Below are positions 42,801 through 58,936 of a stretch of 64,000 nucleotides of DNA, piece by piece. Position numbers and translations under genes: made by a program. The stretch's first letter is position 1. The number at the start of each line of letters is the position of its first letter. This DNA is from the human T2T-CHM13v2.0 reference genome, Homo sapiens: the NCBI RefSeq assembly GCF_009914755.1, contig NC_060933.1; one strand, written 5' to 3'. The notes beneath the pieces are model-generated. The model did no database searches, was not told the origin of the DNA, and was given only the letters and a program-made list of their open reading frames with translations.

Positions 42801-43574
42801 CTGCCTTTTTTACATTGGAAGAAATGAAGACCAGAGAGTCTCTGGCAGAGACTGAACCTGGGAGATGATTGCTGTGTAGTTTGACACCCACTGAAGGAGC
42901 AGAGCAGCAGCAAATGACCAGTCTTATCTCATTATGCTGCATTCTGACAAAAGGAAATAAACTGCCCCTACAAAAGAGAGAAGAGAGAAAGAAGGAAGAA
43001 GGCGAAAAGAGACAGAGGGAAGGAGGGTAAGTGCTGAGCTGAGCTTCCCAAGGATGGCTCCTAGTTGAGTTAGCTTCAAGTCTTTCTTCTTCCACAGCGT
43101 ATAACATGTGTGATGCTACAGCCCAACAAAGAGACAAACTTTCAGAAAACAAGGGCATGAGAAGAAGGGAAAGGAAGTTAGTTCTCTTTAGTAAAGTTTA
43201 ACTTCATATAAAGCCCACTTACTCTTCAAAAGGACAATTAGAGTGGACCCAGCAAGAAACTGCATTAAACATGTTTCTTCCTGCAGGCACCTGAGCCCTA
43301 GGACACTTCTCAGCTCTCTCCCTGAGAATTCTCAGCTCCCCCACTGCCCAGATTTCTCTCTTTTTCTTAGAGATAAACACACTTACAAATACAGTTTTAT
43401 GATCTGATATTTTTCATTTAAGACATGCATTAATGTCTAAGTGGAATTACTTACGCCTACTCTGGCTTTGACTTGCACCTATGAATCAGTCTTGTGCCTA
43501 TGGTCTCAACACAAACAGTTTTGAAATCCCAAGAGAAATGCCCTCTGCACGAGATGATCCTCTTTAGTTCCATG

Positions 43575-43925
43575 CGATGAAGCACTCATTGAGCCCCTGT
43601 GTTACAAGTTCCTTTACTACACATTTGGTAGATACTGAAATGAACAGTAAAATTGTCCTGGCCTTTAGAAAATTCACCATTCCTGGAAGTGACCAAAAAA
43701 AAAAAAATGGCAGATGATTCAATGCAGCATTTTGATAGATGTGATAGTGATGATATCTTGACAAATGATAGAGGTGAGCTCAGGTTGCCGTGAGAGGACA
43801 GGGGATGAAGAGCACCTAGGAAAGCCTGGAGGAGTTGCCCAGAGCTGTCTCAATTGATATGCAAGAGCTGATGAGGTTAAAAGAGAGAAGCAGAGTGGGA
43901 CCTTCCACAAAGGAATAGCATAAGA
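43575..43925. mobile_element. L2 fragment
   Basis: Degenerate L2 3' sequence. Confidence 0.5.
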
Positions 43926-44359
43926 TACAGATACTGTCCTACCACTTGGCCAAGCACATTATGGAAGGAGACAGAAGAATAAGCCAGCTTTAGAGAACAA
44001 ATGCTTCTGATTAGATGCCATGTAACTCAATCAATAGGAAGCCTTGGTGTGGTGGAGGCCCAGGACAGGGAAGTTAAGGTCTACAGATAGTTACAAATCA
44101 TCAAACATTTCTTAAGCCCCGTACTCTTCACACCAGCTCCTCATATTCTCCCCAGACACTGCTGCTCCCCTAGTTTCCTTGCCACTACCTCAGGTCTCTG
44201 GGGACACAATGATCCCCCGTCTGCTTTGACCAAGATGTGAAGAAATCCAATATTATCTTAATTCAAATATGATAACCATCAAAAGAAATTAAGAATAAAA
44301 CAAACTCAAGTTTTAACAAATTAAAAATTACCAATGTCAGGATTAGAAAACCAGCTCAT

Positions 44360-44905
44360 CCAGTTGTCTATTACTGAAAAACAAATTACCTCCAAAATTA
44401 ATTGATTTAAATAACCATTTCATTTTACTCACAATTTGGTGAGTCGGGAATTCTGAATGAGGCTGGCTGAGTGGTTGGTCTCTGATCCACATTAGTTGGA
44501 ATGGCTGGATCTGGCAAATACATTTTCAAAACGTCTCTTTATTATATACTGGGAGCTTCAAAACTTCAAAATTTCCTGATGCATTTTCTCTCTCTCTCTC
44601 TCTCCTCCCCATCCTTCTCCACAAAGGATCTTATTCTCTAGGGTTTATTCATGTGGCTCAGGTTTCTCACAGCATGGCAATCTCAAGGTAATTTCCCTTC
44701 TTGCACAGCAGCTGGTTTTCAAAAGAGCATGCAAGAAGCTACCAGTCCTCTTTCTAAACCTCTGCAACTTGAATAACATTACTTTTGCCACATGCTATTA
44801 GTCTAAACAGTTCACAAGCCATCCCAGATTCAAGTGGAAAATAACAGATCCTTCCTCTCAATGGAAGATGTGTCAAAGCATTTAAGGCCATCTTTAATCT
44901 GCCAT
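44360..44905 (-). mobile_element. Old MLT1 LTR
   Basis: ACAAATTACCTCCAAAATT...GGCCATCTTTAATCTGCCA. Confidence 0.75.
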
Positions 44906-45233
44906 AGTAACTCAATAGAGATTTGGTCAAAATATAACTTCAATAAACCAAAGTGTATCAGAGCCGGCATCTTCTGACTTATTTCTCATAGTGAAGAAAC
45001 AAAAAACAAGCTTACATCATAAGTTCCTTCTCACAACTGTATGCTATCCTTACAACACTTTGTATAGTGGCCCAATAAAAGGAACAGGGGGACAGGGTGC
45101 TAACTGCAACGATACCTGTTTATCCCCTTTGGGACTTGTGTAGTAGATGGAATAGAGACAAGGGTATTTACGAGATCCACACAACTCTCCTTGCCTACCT
45201 ACCTGTAAATAATTGCTAGAACAGGCCAGGCAT

Positions 45234-45860
<627 letters not shown>

Positions 45861-47309
45861 TAATTGCCACATTTTTAGCATTATGCTAACCTTCCTAGTC
45901 TGCCAAAATATATAATTCTGAATTTGAATCCTATTTCTCTGTTAACTCCAGAGTCACTGACAGAAAAATCTGAGACCTAATTTTCCATGTGTCTTTTCCA
46001 AAAATTCCCCATCAAAACCATTCTCAACATGAAGTATAATGTGATTAAGTGGAATCAGTATTAAAACCTTTAAAAAATGCTTAAGTATGCTGCCATCATA
46101 AGTAATTGATGGAGGTGAGACTGGAGCCCTGGATATCTGACCACCTGATACCAAAGCCCATTTTTCAACTATCTGTAGTTGTCTTCCTAATGCAATTAAA
46201 AAAAAAAAAAAAAAAAAAAAAAGCCCAAGAAGGGGGCAGGGATAAAAAACGCCATCCTTACTGAGAGAGCCTAGGAGCTGCCACTGCCTGCAAATCCTTT
46301 TCAGTTGCCAAGTGGCCTTGACAGGTGAGCAGACAGGGTGCCTCTAGGGAGCTGCTAATGAACACAGGGCCAGGAGAAGTGAAGGAGGATTAAAGGGGAA
46401 GCAAGCTATCATATCAATAGTTGCCTCCTGGATCTGGCTGCTGCTCAGGGGCACTCAGGGTGGCCCTAGGCACATTTTCAGAGCAGGAAGCTTGTCTTCT
46501 AAAATTTGTTTTCCCTCTCTTTATGTGCTCTGGAACTCCATAGCTTATATGTCCCCTAACCATAGTCACCACAGCTTCTTGAGAATCCAGATGCTCAGCA
46601 ATGTCATACTCCTCCCTCCTTCACCACTGCATCACTGCCACATCCTCTGTGCAATAGAAAGTGGCATGGAAGAATGACTCCAATATCTGCCACTTGCACT
46701 TGGGTGTGGAGTTTACCAGTATAGCTTCTCCTTCAGGGAGTACTTGCAGTTTCATCTTCCCTCACTGGCATCCTCCAAACCAAGTAATGGAGGCGACATC
46801 CATTTGGTCATCATCCAATCCTAAGAAATGCATTATTCCATCAAAACAGACTTTAATCAAAGGATTTAAAGGGAGGAGGAAAAGGAGAAGCAATAAATAA
46901 TTTCACCTCAAATTAGCCAGTAAATAGTTTCTGAGAGCAAGTAAAAATTTACCATGTCTTTACAAGGCTATGGCAATTAATCCTAAGAATCCTTCTATAC
47001 CCTATGGATTACTTTTCTAGGTAGGAATGATGTTTTTAAAAATTAAATAAATAATGCTTTATGCATTCAATTTGTCTTACATAAAACATGAATAAGAATG
47101 AAAATGAGACTAGGACAGAGGTCATCTAATTGCCAATCCCTTGGTCTTTCTATTCCCCCAACAGATTTTTCTATTACTTTAGCTCTCAGTCTCTACAGTA
47201 ACAAAATGAACCTTTCCAGATCTCCTTATGGCTTAATAAGAACTTTCAAATGCATGTTTTCATGTGCTTAAAGGTAATGGGGATCAGTTAAAAGATTCAA
47301 TTTTGACTC

Positions 47310-47705
47310 AACCAGGTTAGGCCAGGTTAAGCTGCAATAAAGAGAATCCCAAAATCTTAGGGGTATAAACCAACGAAAGTTTATTTCTCACACACATTCA
47401 AGTCCAAAATAGGTGAACAGACAAACTCTTTTCTTGATAATCCTTGGGGGAATGCAGGCTGAGAGAGCTCCATGTTGCAGATGCCTTCACAGGCTCTAAA
47501 GCGATTCAAAGGAAGATGCTGAACTGCACCGTGGCTCTTAAAGCTCCCACCTAGATGTGACACAAATCTCTTCTACTCACATTTTATTGGCCAAAGCAAG
47601 TTGCATGGCTATCCCTAAGTTCATAAGAGATGGGAAGTATTACCCCACCCTGTGTCTGGATGGAGAAGAGATGGAATATTTTTGAATAACAAGAATTATT
47701 ACCAC
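47310..47705 (-). mobile_element. Old MLT1 (K/L-like) LTR
   Basis: AAAGTTTATTTCTCAC...ATTGGCCAAAGCAAG. Confidence 0.7.
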
Positions 47706-48153
47706 ATTCACAAAACAGAAATTAGCATGAGCAAAGATTATCTTAAACACTAGATAACATAGCAACTCAAATATAATTCATTTGAAACTCATTTGTAGTC
47801 TATGAGTGGACATCAACAAATATAAGATAAAATCTGGGGGTGAGCTTGGTTCACAAGAAGAATCAAACCTGGAATAAAAAACAATTTTCAAATAATCCCC
47901 CAAGTTAGTCACAAGGATAACTGATGGTTAGACATGTGTAAATATTTCATATATCACTGATTCCTGGTTACTGATTAAAACAGTACCATAATTAAAATCA
48001 ACAACCAACAATTACTGAGCTGATATTCAAGGCTTCTAAATTATCTCAGAAGTTATTGTAACTGATAAATCAGAAAAGGAAAGTGAATGGAAGAAATTAT
48101 GAAAATTTTGTTGAAATGACTATATAGAAGCTCATTTATTCTGGGATATCTAA

Positions 48154-48475
<322 letters not shown>

Positions 48476-48489
48476 CCTAAATTCACATT

Positions 48490-48675
48490 GTTTAACTCTC
48501 TACAATTTACATGGAGATTTCTCACATATCATTGCCTAAAACCTGCACAACAGTCAAGCAAAGCAGGTTACCCTTATTCTTATCTCCATTTCACAGATGA
48601 GGAGGCTAAGGTTCTGAGATTTTACATGGTTTGCCAGAGGACACTCTTACGAAAACAGTCAAATTTTGAACCCTC
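48490..48675 (-). mobile_element. MIR
   Basis: CCATTTCACAGATGAGGAGGCTAAGG. Confidence 0.75.
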
Positions 48676-48934
48676 TTCTGTCCCATCACCACCTGCTCAA
48701 GAGTGGGTTGAAATGTGATAATAAAATCATAGATGCTATATTCTGAATGCTGGAATTATTCTTTAGTCTTTCATTCCTTAAGTTGTGTCTCATAAAATAA
48801 CAGATATTCTTGGAATTAAGGAGAAAAAGAAAATAGGTTTGGAGCCCTCTGGGTTAAAGAAAATAAAACATAATTATTTACAAGTCTTTACAGAACCTTT
48901 ATTGTGCTTTTAAACATTGTTTCAGTGAGTGAGG

Positions 48935-49413
48935 AACCACTAAGCAGAATAATGACTCCCCAAAATGCCTGTCCTAGTCCCCAGACCTGTGACTATGCTA
49001 TCTTACATGGCAACCTGGGATTTGAAGATGTAATTCAGTTAAGGATCTTGAGATGGAGAGGTTCCCTTTAGGTTAGCCTGGATTATCCAGGTGGGCCTGA
49101 TGTAATCACAAGAGTCCTTACAAGACACTGGAGACAGAGGTCAGGGTGTTTCCAAGGCTGCAAGCCAAGGAATGTGGGCAGCTGGAAAAGATAAGCTAAG
49201 AAAAGTGGGTGAGCTCCAGAAGCTGAAAAAGACGAGCAAGTGGATTCTACTCCAGATCCTCTAGAAGAAAGACAGCCACGCCAACACCTTGATTTTAGCC
49301 CCGTGAGACCCATTTTGAACTTCTGACTTCCAGAATTGTAAGAGTACAAATTTGTTTTATTTTATGCGACTACATTTGTGGCACTTTGTTACAGTAGCAT
49401 AGGAAACTAAAAC
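48935..49413 (+). mobile_element. MLT1C-like LTR
   Basis: GCAGAATAATG...TAAGGATCTTGAGATGG...CATAGGAAACTAA. Confidence 0.9.
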
Positions 49414-50379
49414 AGAGGGACAGTAAGTATTTCCTCTTAAATGTATTGGCAACTGAAACTTTTATCTCCTGAAATACCTTCCTCAGGGAATACAGCTGGG
49501 GGAACACTGGTGTAATCCAACCCCCTACAATTTTCCTGAGATATGGATAATTGAACATTACTGATGTTAAGAATAGAGCATTTCATCAGGGTGGGAAAAA
49601 CTCACAGAAAAAAAGAGAGGAGAATATTAGAATTCGATAACCGGAGCTTGGTGAAATCACTTACTTAGTCATCCCTCAATTTTAGTCCCAAGGGTTTTAT
49701 CTTCTAACCATGGAATGTTCCTTCCTCTCTCAGCTGCCTGGAGTGAAAAGGTGGCCCTCCTTCCCCGGTCTTCTTTCTCTTCAATACACTATTCTACTAA
49801 GCCGCAGGCAAAAACAATTTGAAACAGGTGACAGCAGAGCTTCTCTTTTTAATGCCCTTTGCCCCAGGCACAAGACTGGATCTTTCCAGACACTAGAAAC
49901 GTTTTGAACAAACCTTCACCTCTTCTCCCCTTGGCAAAGCCAAAGTGTACTTTCAGTTGGCTCTTGGAAATGCTGACGACTATCAGAGGCCCGACAGGCT
50001 GCTTCCAAAAAGCTTCTCCCACGTGGCACTTTTTACCTGTGTCTTATTTGGAGCCACTGCACGAGAGAGGGGAGAAGAGGGAGGGCAGGTCTCTCCAACC
50101 TTCTCTCGTGCTCCTGCCTAGCAGAAATGAGAGACACGGGTGGGGAAAATCCATCCTGTTAATGCAATAGGCTTGATGCTGGTTGGTTTGAAACCAGCAG
50201 AATCACAAAATTGCAAACCTTCTCACAGTGCAGCATTTCAGGATCATAAAGAAGAATAAATCGTCACTAAAATAGTAGAAAACTGTGCCCCCAGCCTTCA
50301 CAGATTTCTATAAATCATTTTTACCTCTTACCCAGGAGAACCACTCATGATACATTAGGTTTGGAGAAAGGAGAAAAAA

Positions 50380-50870
50380 ATTCCTGGTGAGCACAGCTCT
50401 GGTTATGTCACTATCATTGAGGGGGCCACCGTGATTGAGCTGTTTTGCCAGGGCAGTAGCTTCAATCCCCTGAAGGCAATTGCAATACTCCAGTAAATAC
50501 AAAATGAAGGCCTGCACAATAACCCAGAATGATTGTTAATGTGAGTTCCAAAGACATTAAATATGCTTTATTCCAGCCTGTCAGAGGGCCATTGTTTATT
50601 CGATTTTCACAGCCTGCCCTACTTCAGTCTGATCAACATTTGTTCATTGGGATTATGGCCAATATCCTATGGGCTGGAAAACAAGCGACTATGAAACAAG
50701 CAAGCTGCTGGCAGAATGCTACATTTTTCTTTATCTGGTTGGAGGGCCCAAGTGATGTGCAGATACTGTCCAAATGATGTCTGCTTCTTTATACAGAAGG
50801 AAAGCTATGGCCATAGGCTATTATTTAATATTTACAGCTGTCAAAAAACTTTTGATGACTGAAAGCATTC
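50380..50870. promoter_or_regulatory. Putative enhancer-like unique block
   Basis: Overlapping SOX/FOX CCATTGTTTATT at ~50589; FOX GTAAATA, TATTTAC; CAGCTGTCA. Confidence 0.35.
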
Positions 50871-50949
50871 ACCTTGCTTCTGGGAAGATAATGGGTTGAT
50901 CTTTAAGAAATACCTAGCACACACACCACTCATCACCATTATTGTTTCA

Positions 50950-51400
50950 ATGATTCATCCATCAAACACTTGAGAGTCTTTTTGGTACAAGAATACAGAG
51001 ATGACTAACTCTTTATCCTCAAGGATCTCATAGTGTTTTGCATGAGTAAAAATACATGTAAATATATGGAATAGAATCAGAGTTTAAAGAGCAGAGTAAT
51101 CATTCTGTCTAGGGGTCAAGAGAAGGCATCATATTGCAAGAAGCACTTGAATTGAGTCTTGAGAAAACAAGTAGGAATTCAGAGGTAGTGGCTTTCCAGA
51201 CCTGGCAGAGGTATGAAGGAGGGAAACAGCAATGCCCACTTGGGGAAGGCAAAAGGATTCTGATTGGCTGCATCGTGGGACAAGGCAGGAAGCGTCAGAA
51301 AGTAGGTTGAAGAGACAGGCAGAAGTCATATTAGGGAGAGCCTTGTATGACATGAAGGAGCTTCAGCTTTATGCCACATCAAAGAGAATTAACAAGTTTA
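50950..51400. mobile_element. L2 fragment
   Basis: Degenerate L2 3' body. Confidence 0.5.
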
Positions 51401-51482
51401 CTCAGCACCACTTGAAATAAATCGCATGAGCTGAAATTGAAATAACCTGTGTTCTCTTTGTTTACCCAGCGTTTTCACTTCT

Positions 51483-54400
51483 CATATCAGTTGGGTCCAG
51501 GTATTTCAACTCCAGGTATTTCAAACAAAAACAAAATATTTTTCGAACAATGAGAATTTAATGCAGGGCATTGTTTACAGAAGTGATAGGAAAGTTAAGA
51601 AACCAGATAGGGACAGTGAGGCAATCCAGAAATTAGCAACAGCAGAAAACCACTATGTTGTGTTATGGAAACTCAGAAGCCAAGGATGTCTGGCTGGAAC
51701 TAGGATTATGGCAGGAACTTTTCCTCTCAGTGATAGAATATAGTGCAATACACTTCCTGGCAGGAGCTGAAATCATAAGTAAGATGCACCTGCTTCAAAG
51801 ATGTCACCAGATAGAGAGAAGGAGGAAGAAATAGACAGGCTTCTTCTTTTCCTCTGTTTATTTCTCCCTAGTACTTCCCATTGGTCAAGCACATCCAAGA
51901 AATTCATAAGCAAAGGAATATGGGAAATGTATTTATTTGAGACACAAACCAGAGCTGGAGAAGTGCAGAGAGTATGAGAGAAAACATCAGCTGACCTACA
52001 CAGTCCACCCCTTTTCTGATGTCCAACATTCATTGCATGTTTATATATTTATGTGTCTATATATTTATTTATGGCATGCCCATATTTAACTACCTAATAA
52101 CAGCCTTATTTTCCCATTTTACAAACTATTATCCAAAGAATCCACAGAATAGCTATTCTGCATTAAATGCAGCCATTCTCATCCTCTTCCCAAATGCGGA
52201 GATGTAAAGACCCACCAGTCATCATGCCCATATCAAAGTTGAATATCTTCATATCATATGCAGTTCTCCCCTTCAGGGCATCACTAGTCCTGTGACCTAT
52301 TCTCTTTTCTCTTTGCAGAGTCATCCTGATAAATAATTTGAAGGCCCTTTAGAGTACAATTTGGAGGATGATTTATAATATATACTTGGGGCAATTTTTC
52401 AGAATCCTTCTTCAAGAGAACATAGCCTCCTACTTAGGCTCTAGATCTGTGAACTAACAGAGACGCTGTGACTTCCTGTGGCACTTACTCAAGATAACTT
52501 CCTGTTCACTGGATCAAATAATGCTTTGTTGGGCTATCCTTCTATTTAATTCCTAGGAAACTATAATCAATTAGCTATCATCATAGATCCCTGTAGATAA
52601 AAACATCTGAATTGCCACTCAACCCTCCCTGCTCATTACAGTAATTATGGTTATTTTGTCTCTGTCAGTAAAGTGCTATTGCTACCTGATCCCTGACATT
52701 CCAAGATCTCATCTCTCCATTAAAATGGATGTATTTCAAAGTCATCAAATCTTGGTGTCATCCATAGCCTGTAGAATAAATTAACCATAGATATTTAAAG
52801 ATATTGGGGCTCTCCTCATTAATGCATTTATCAATGGTTGAGTAAAAGAAGAGTCCTCTGGGTTCTCTTGCAAGAATAGTCAGGAAGAGAGTGAGTAGGT
52901 TGAATATAATAAATTCATTCCAACATGATCATCTCCTTATGCTTTTGAATCCTCCTTCATCATTATTTCAGGGAAGTTTGGGGATCTTTTCCTCATTTCA
53001 CATAGGCAATTATTAACTCTGTGTTTCAGTTAACCAACCAATCAAAGTTTTAGCACGATCTTCAGTTGCTTGAACTAATATATTTAATCCAGACTCTCAA
53101 ATAAATATACCTATATTGATAAATACTGATAAAACCTACATTATATTCTGTGCTCCTTATTCTTCCTCACATAGATTATATCTCCACACACATTTTCCAA
53201 AGAAATTCCAATAAAAATTAGCAAATATCTGCAATTCTTTTCATGTATACATTATTTATTCTTGGACCAGCCCTTATAATTCTCCACCTGAAGTGTGCTG
53301 GCATCTGACTGTAGTTATGGGTTTGGAAGCAATAAAAGATGCTTCTTGTGAGTATTGAGAAAAACAGACATCTCCTTTTATGGCAACTTTTTCAGATGAA
53401 AAAATTATAGGCTTCGTAAGTAAAGAAAGATGAGCCTCATTGAACATGGTTGCATTTGCTGGTTACAGAAACTTGGGGATATATTGTGTTCAGAGTTTTC
53501 AAATTCAACTGCATCTGCTCAAATATCCCCCATCCCAACTCTCAGGGTTTCACTTCTTACAACTAATGGCTTAGTACTAACATACTAAATTGGTGAGTCT
53601 GTGTTTTCAATTTGCATAATAACTCTGTATACTGAACATGATTCTGATTCTCAACCATAATTTCCTTCTTGGTAAAAAAAATTACAAGAGTGCCAAAGCA
53701 GCTCTCTGATTCTCTGGCTGTCTCTTGAGCTAAAAGTTTAAGGTCTAGGCTTATCATTTTCTTTCTGTAAGTAGTTCAGCATAGTCAGAGACAGTCACTC
53801 TATTTTTGTAGTCAAATGAAACACTACTTGTTTTCCCAAAAGACTTGCTTTTGACTGGCACATTATCTCAAACAAAGTAGGCAATAATTTAAGTTATTGT
53901 GATGTTATTTGATGAGGCTCTTTAATTGTAATATTCCATTTTTCACCAGAAAGAAATTCTTCACTGTATTCAAGCTAAAAGAAGCAAGCAATCTAAGCTC
54001 AGAATTCCTTCTTAAGGATCTATTTCCTGGGATTAATCCTAACATAAAATAATTGTATCAGTCAAGGTCTAGTCAGGAAAATATAGATCAATCTAAGTAC
54101 TTTAAATAAAGAAAATTCAATACAGGCAAATGGTTACACAAATTTTTGTAGAGCTGAAAAACTAAGCAGGAGATCATGAAGCAACCCACAGATTAGCAAC
54201 AATAGGAAAGACATTATCATTCCACAGGGCTAGAGAAAGAAGAATGTGATTTTATTGAAGCTCTAAAGCCAAGGACATGTAATGAGGGCAAGAACCACAA
54301 AAGGAGCTGCCTGTGGGAGCTGTGACCACCGAATGACAGGTAATCTGCCAAGAGCTGGAGTTGAGGAGGAGATGCAGCTGCTGCCAGAGATGCTGCCTAA

Positions 54401-54565
54401 GTCAACATGAGAGGAGAGATAAACCTTAAACTCATCTCCTTACTCTTCAGTCTTATCTTCCTGTTGGCTCACCCTACCTAGAAGCTAGCAGTTCCTTGCA
54501 ACAGAGTAGAAAAACGAATTTCTAGTAATTGATTTGAGAACAAATAAGCAAATGGCTGGCATCCT
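51483..54565 (-). mobile_element. Ancient class III (ERVL-like) LTR-internal-LTR remnant
   Basis: Two similar same-orientation LTRs (~51483-52000 and ~54055-54565); PPT AAAAGGGGTGGAC|TG on the minus strand at ~52000; ERVL-like leader after the other LTR. Confidence 0.6.
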
Positions 54566-55157
54566 TCTACAAAGAGAAGATTAACAGGGAGGGTTTGCCA
54601 TTATTTGATTTGGAGTTTTGCCCAGGCCAATTGAGAAGTAACTAGAATCCCTTGCACTCACTTCCTATAGAGTTGCTTTCTGTATCATGTACATGTTTCT
54701 AGTTCAATCCAAGATAGAAAAACTGATGTTACACAAAAAGCTTCATAATCTAAAGGAATTTAGACAAGAAAGTTTGGGTTTGGATTAATGTCTATAAAAG
54801 TTAACTAATTATAATAGGCATTAAATGCAGACTAGTAATTCTTCCAGTGCCACCACTGTTAAGATAATTGATGTTAACTTCACTCAGATTTGCATAAATA
54901 TATAAAGAGAGCATAAAACACATTTAAATACATAAAATTATATGACAGATTAATCCCAATACTAAAGTTATGCAATTTGAGTTTAGATTTTAGTGATTCA
55001 CCTGTCTGGGACTCAGTCTATCACTCTCTAAAACAGGTTAAAATCATGTATAAGTCTTTTCTATGTATTTATTCAACAAATGTTGTTTTGTTGTTTTTTT
55101 TTTTCCCAGTCATCTTGCTAATTGACTTTAAGCACAAAGGATATAGTGGCTTAGGAC

Positions 55158-55204
55158 TGTGTGTGTGTGTATATATATATATATATAATATATATATATA
55201 TATA
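55158..55204. repeat. (TG)n(TA)n microsatellite
   Basis: Seen directly. Confidence 0.95.
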
Positions 55205-55239
55205 CATAAAATGTGTTTCATGAAGCTAAGTAGTATTGT

Positions 55240-56830
<1,591 letters not shown>

Positions 56831-56895
56831 AGGAGGATTCTTTTTGCTGATCTAAAATAGTATAAAAGACAAGTATTCTTGAAAGTTGTTGGAAA

Positions 56896-57402
56896 GTGTC
56901 TTACTCAGTTTATGCTGCTATTAAAAGGATGCCTGAGACTGGGGAAGTTATAAAAATCAGAAATTTATTTCTCACAGTTCTGAAGGCTGGAAAGTCCAAG
57001 ATCAAGGTGCTGGCCATCTTGTGAGGGCCTTCTTGCTGTGTCCTCACATAGCAGAAGGTGCAAGGGCAAGAAAGAGCTGAACCACTTTTCCAAGCCCATT
57101 TTAATAGCAGCATTAATCCATTCATGAGGTCTTCCTCTCTCTCTACTGTATACACTCCTTGGCAATCTAACTCTTGCCTAGACCTTCAATTACCATCTCT
57201 AAGCTAATGAATCCCAAAGATCTTTTTCTAACCCATACTATTTATTTGTTTCACACCTAAATATCCATCCACTTACTTGACACTTTCTCATAATTAGCTA
57301 AAAGTTACCTAAACATCTCTCAAAACACCCCACCTCCCAACACCATTGCATTGAGGATTAAGTTTCTAACACGTGAATTTGGGGGAACACATTCCAACCA
57401 TA
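56896..57402 (-). mobile_element. MLT1A/MST-like LTR carrying an inverted insertion
   Basis: TTTATTTCTCACAGTTCTGAAGGCTGGAAAGTCCAAGATCAAGG...CATTCCAACCATAGCA. Confidence 0.9.
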
Positions 57403-58758
57403 GCAAGAAGAACCCAATTAAGAGAGAAATGTTTGCTACACAAGAGCAAGAAGAAACAAGCAATTGTGGAAAGTTCTGGAGCATGTCACAGGAGGTAGAA
57501 TCCAGAATTTTATATAGTAGAGACATCTCCATTGTAACGAGAAGAAAAGACAGAATAGATGCAAATTTATGTTTGTTTGCTATTGGAAAGTTACTTTGTT
57601 GTTATTGGGGGAGATAATAAGAGTTGTTTTGTGAAGGCTTTTAATATCTCTACGAAGTCAAAATCCTCTTCCTAGAGAGAGAGCAGAAAACAGTATAGAG
57701 GATGAAAAGGGTTGGAAAATAAGGGAAAGCAGTAGGACATTTCCAACTCAGGTTTTCAGTGATTTTATTATTTTGCCCCTATTTGGTGTATCCTGATTTC
57801 AAATTAGAAAGTGTTTCCTTGAACTAGTATCAGAATCATCTTTTGGAAAGATTATTTTGTGTCTCATGAAGGCATTTCCCCTCTCTCTCACACACACATG
57901 TACACACACACACACCCCCTCCACACACACACCATTGAACTCTTTGAAAAACTTAACGCTATGTGAATATTGCTATTAAAAATGAATCTATGGCCACACA
58001 TTTTACAGTTAAAAAAAATCTCAGTGAAACTTAGATTCCCACTAACAAAGAACCTAAAGAACCACTGCCTAAAGACATTTGCTAGATCCGTACTGAGACC
58101 TCCCTGGGGTGTTGTTGTCTCTCTTTATCACAATTGAAGTTGTAGCAGAGGCACTGTTTTAACCAAAATCCCATACGGTCTTTCCAAAGCCCCTATTAAA
58201 ACTACAAAGGAAAAAGAGACAGCCACATATTTTCTTTTCTTACTTTTCTTATGTCTGGTATGAGAGTCTAAGAAACCTAAGTGAGAGATTTTTAAACTTC
58301 AACACTTTACAGGGTAATAGAGATTGTATGAAAATTCATGATAGAAAACGTACTTGAAAAACTGTCTATACAAGTTAATCCTGGTTTCATATTGATTTGT
58401 TGCTTCCAATTAGTGAAGTTGCCAAATGAGTTATGCCAAGATTTTCCTAGTCTCAGACACAAACTAATATTTTCTCTAAAGACTGGCTTCCTTTCTAGAT
58501 AACATTATTAGCCATAGAATATTCATCACGACAGTGCAACATGAGAGTGATCTTGGCAGATTTCACTCTTATAATCCAAATTGAAAGAAATCTTGCTAAT
58601 ATAAAGTGAGGGAGCATGTTCTCTCCTATTTTGTCAACTGTTATAAAATCAATGAAGCCCTACTTAGCTTGGGCTTTCATCTACTGCAAATGTGATTAAG
58701 ATTAAATTTAAGAATAAGTGGTAATGGAACTATGCAAGTATATTTCCATGGCAAGGAT

Positions 58759-58936
58759 GTTGCCACTGAAAATTGGCTTCTAAAAGGAACAATGATTAGA
58801 AAGGAAACGTGCAGAGGGCAATTATTAGAAAGGAAATGCACAAAGGTGAACTATGAAAGTAAATTTCAGTCAAGGAGCTTGCCACTGAAAATTGGCTTCT
58901 GAAAAGGGCAATGATTGGAAAGGAAGTGTACAGAAG
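58759..58936 (+). repeat. Degenerate local duplication (~57 bp x2 plus a partial middle copy)
   Basis: TTGCCACTGAAAATTGGCTTCT at ~58760 and ~58879; CAATNATTRGAAAGGAA three times. Confidence 0.9.

Larger units (their letters stand above)
41408..43498 (+). repeat. 267-bp dispersed direct repeat (41408-41674 and 43232-43498)
   Basis: Ungapped, 9 mismatches counted by eye. Confidence 0.97.

Noticed and set aside
41408-43498. Paired LTRs of a new retroelement
   Set aside because: No TG...CA termini, PBS, PPT or TSD, and the interior holds an ancient MIR and unique DNA
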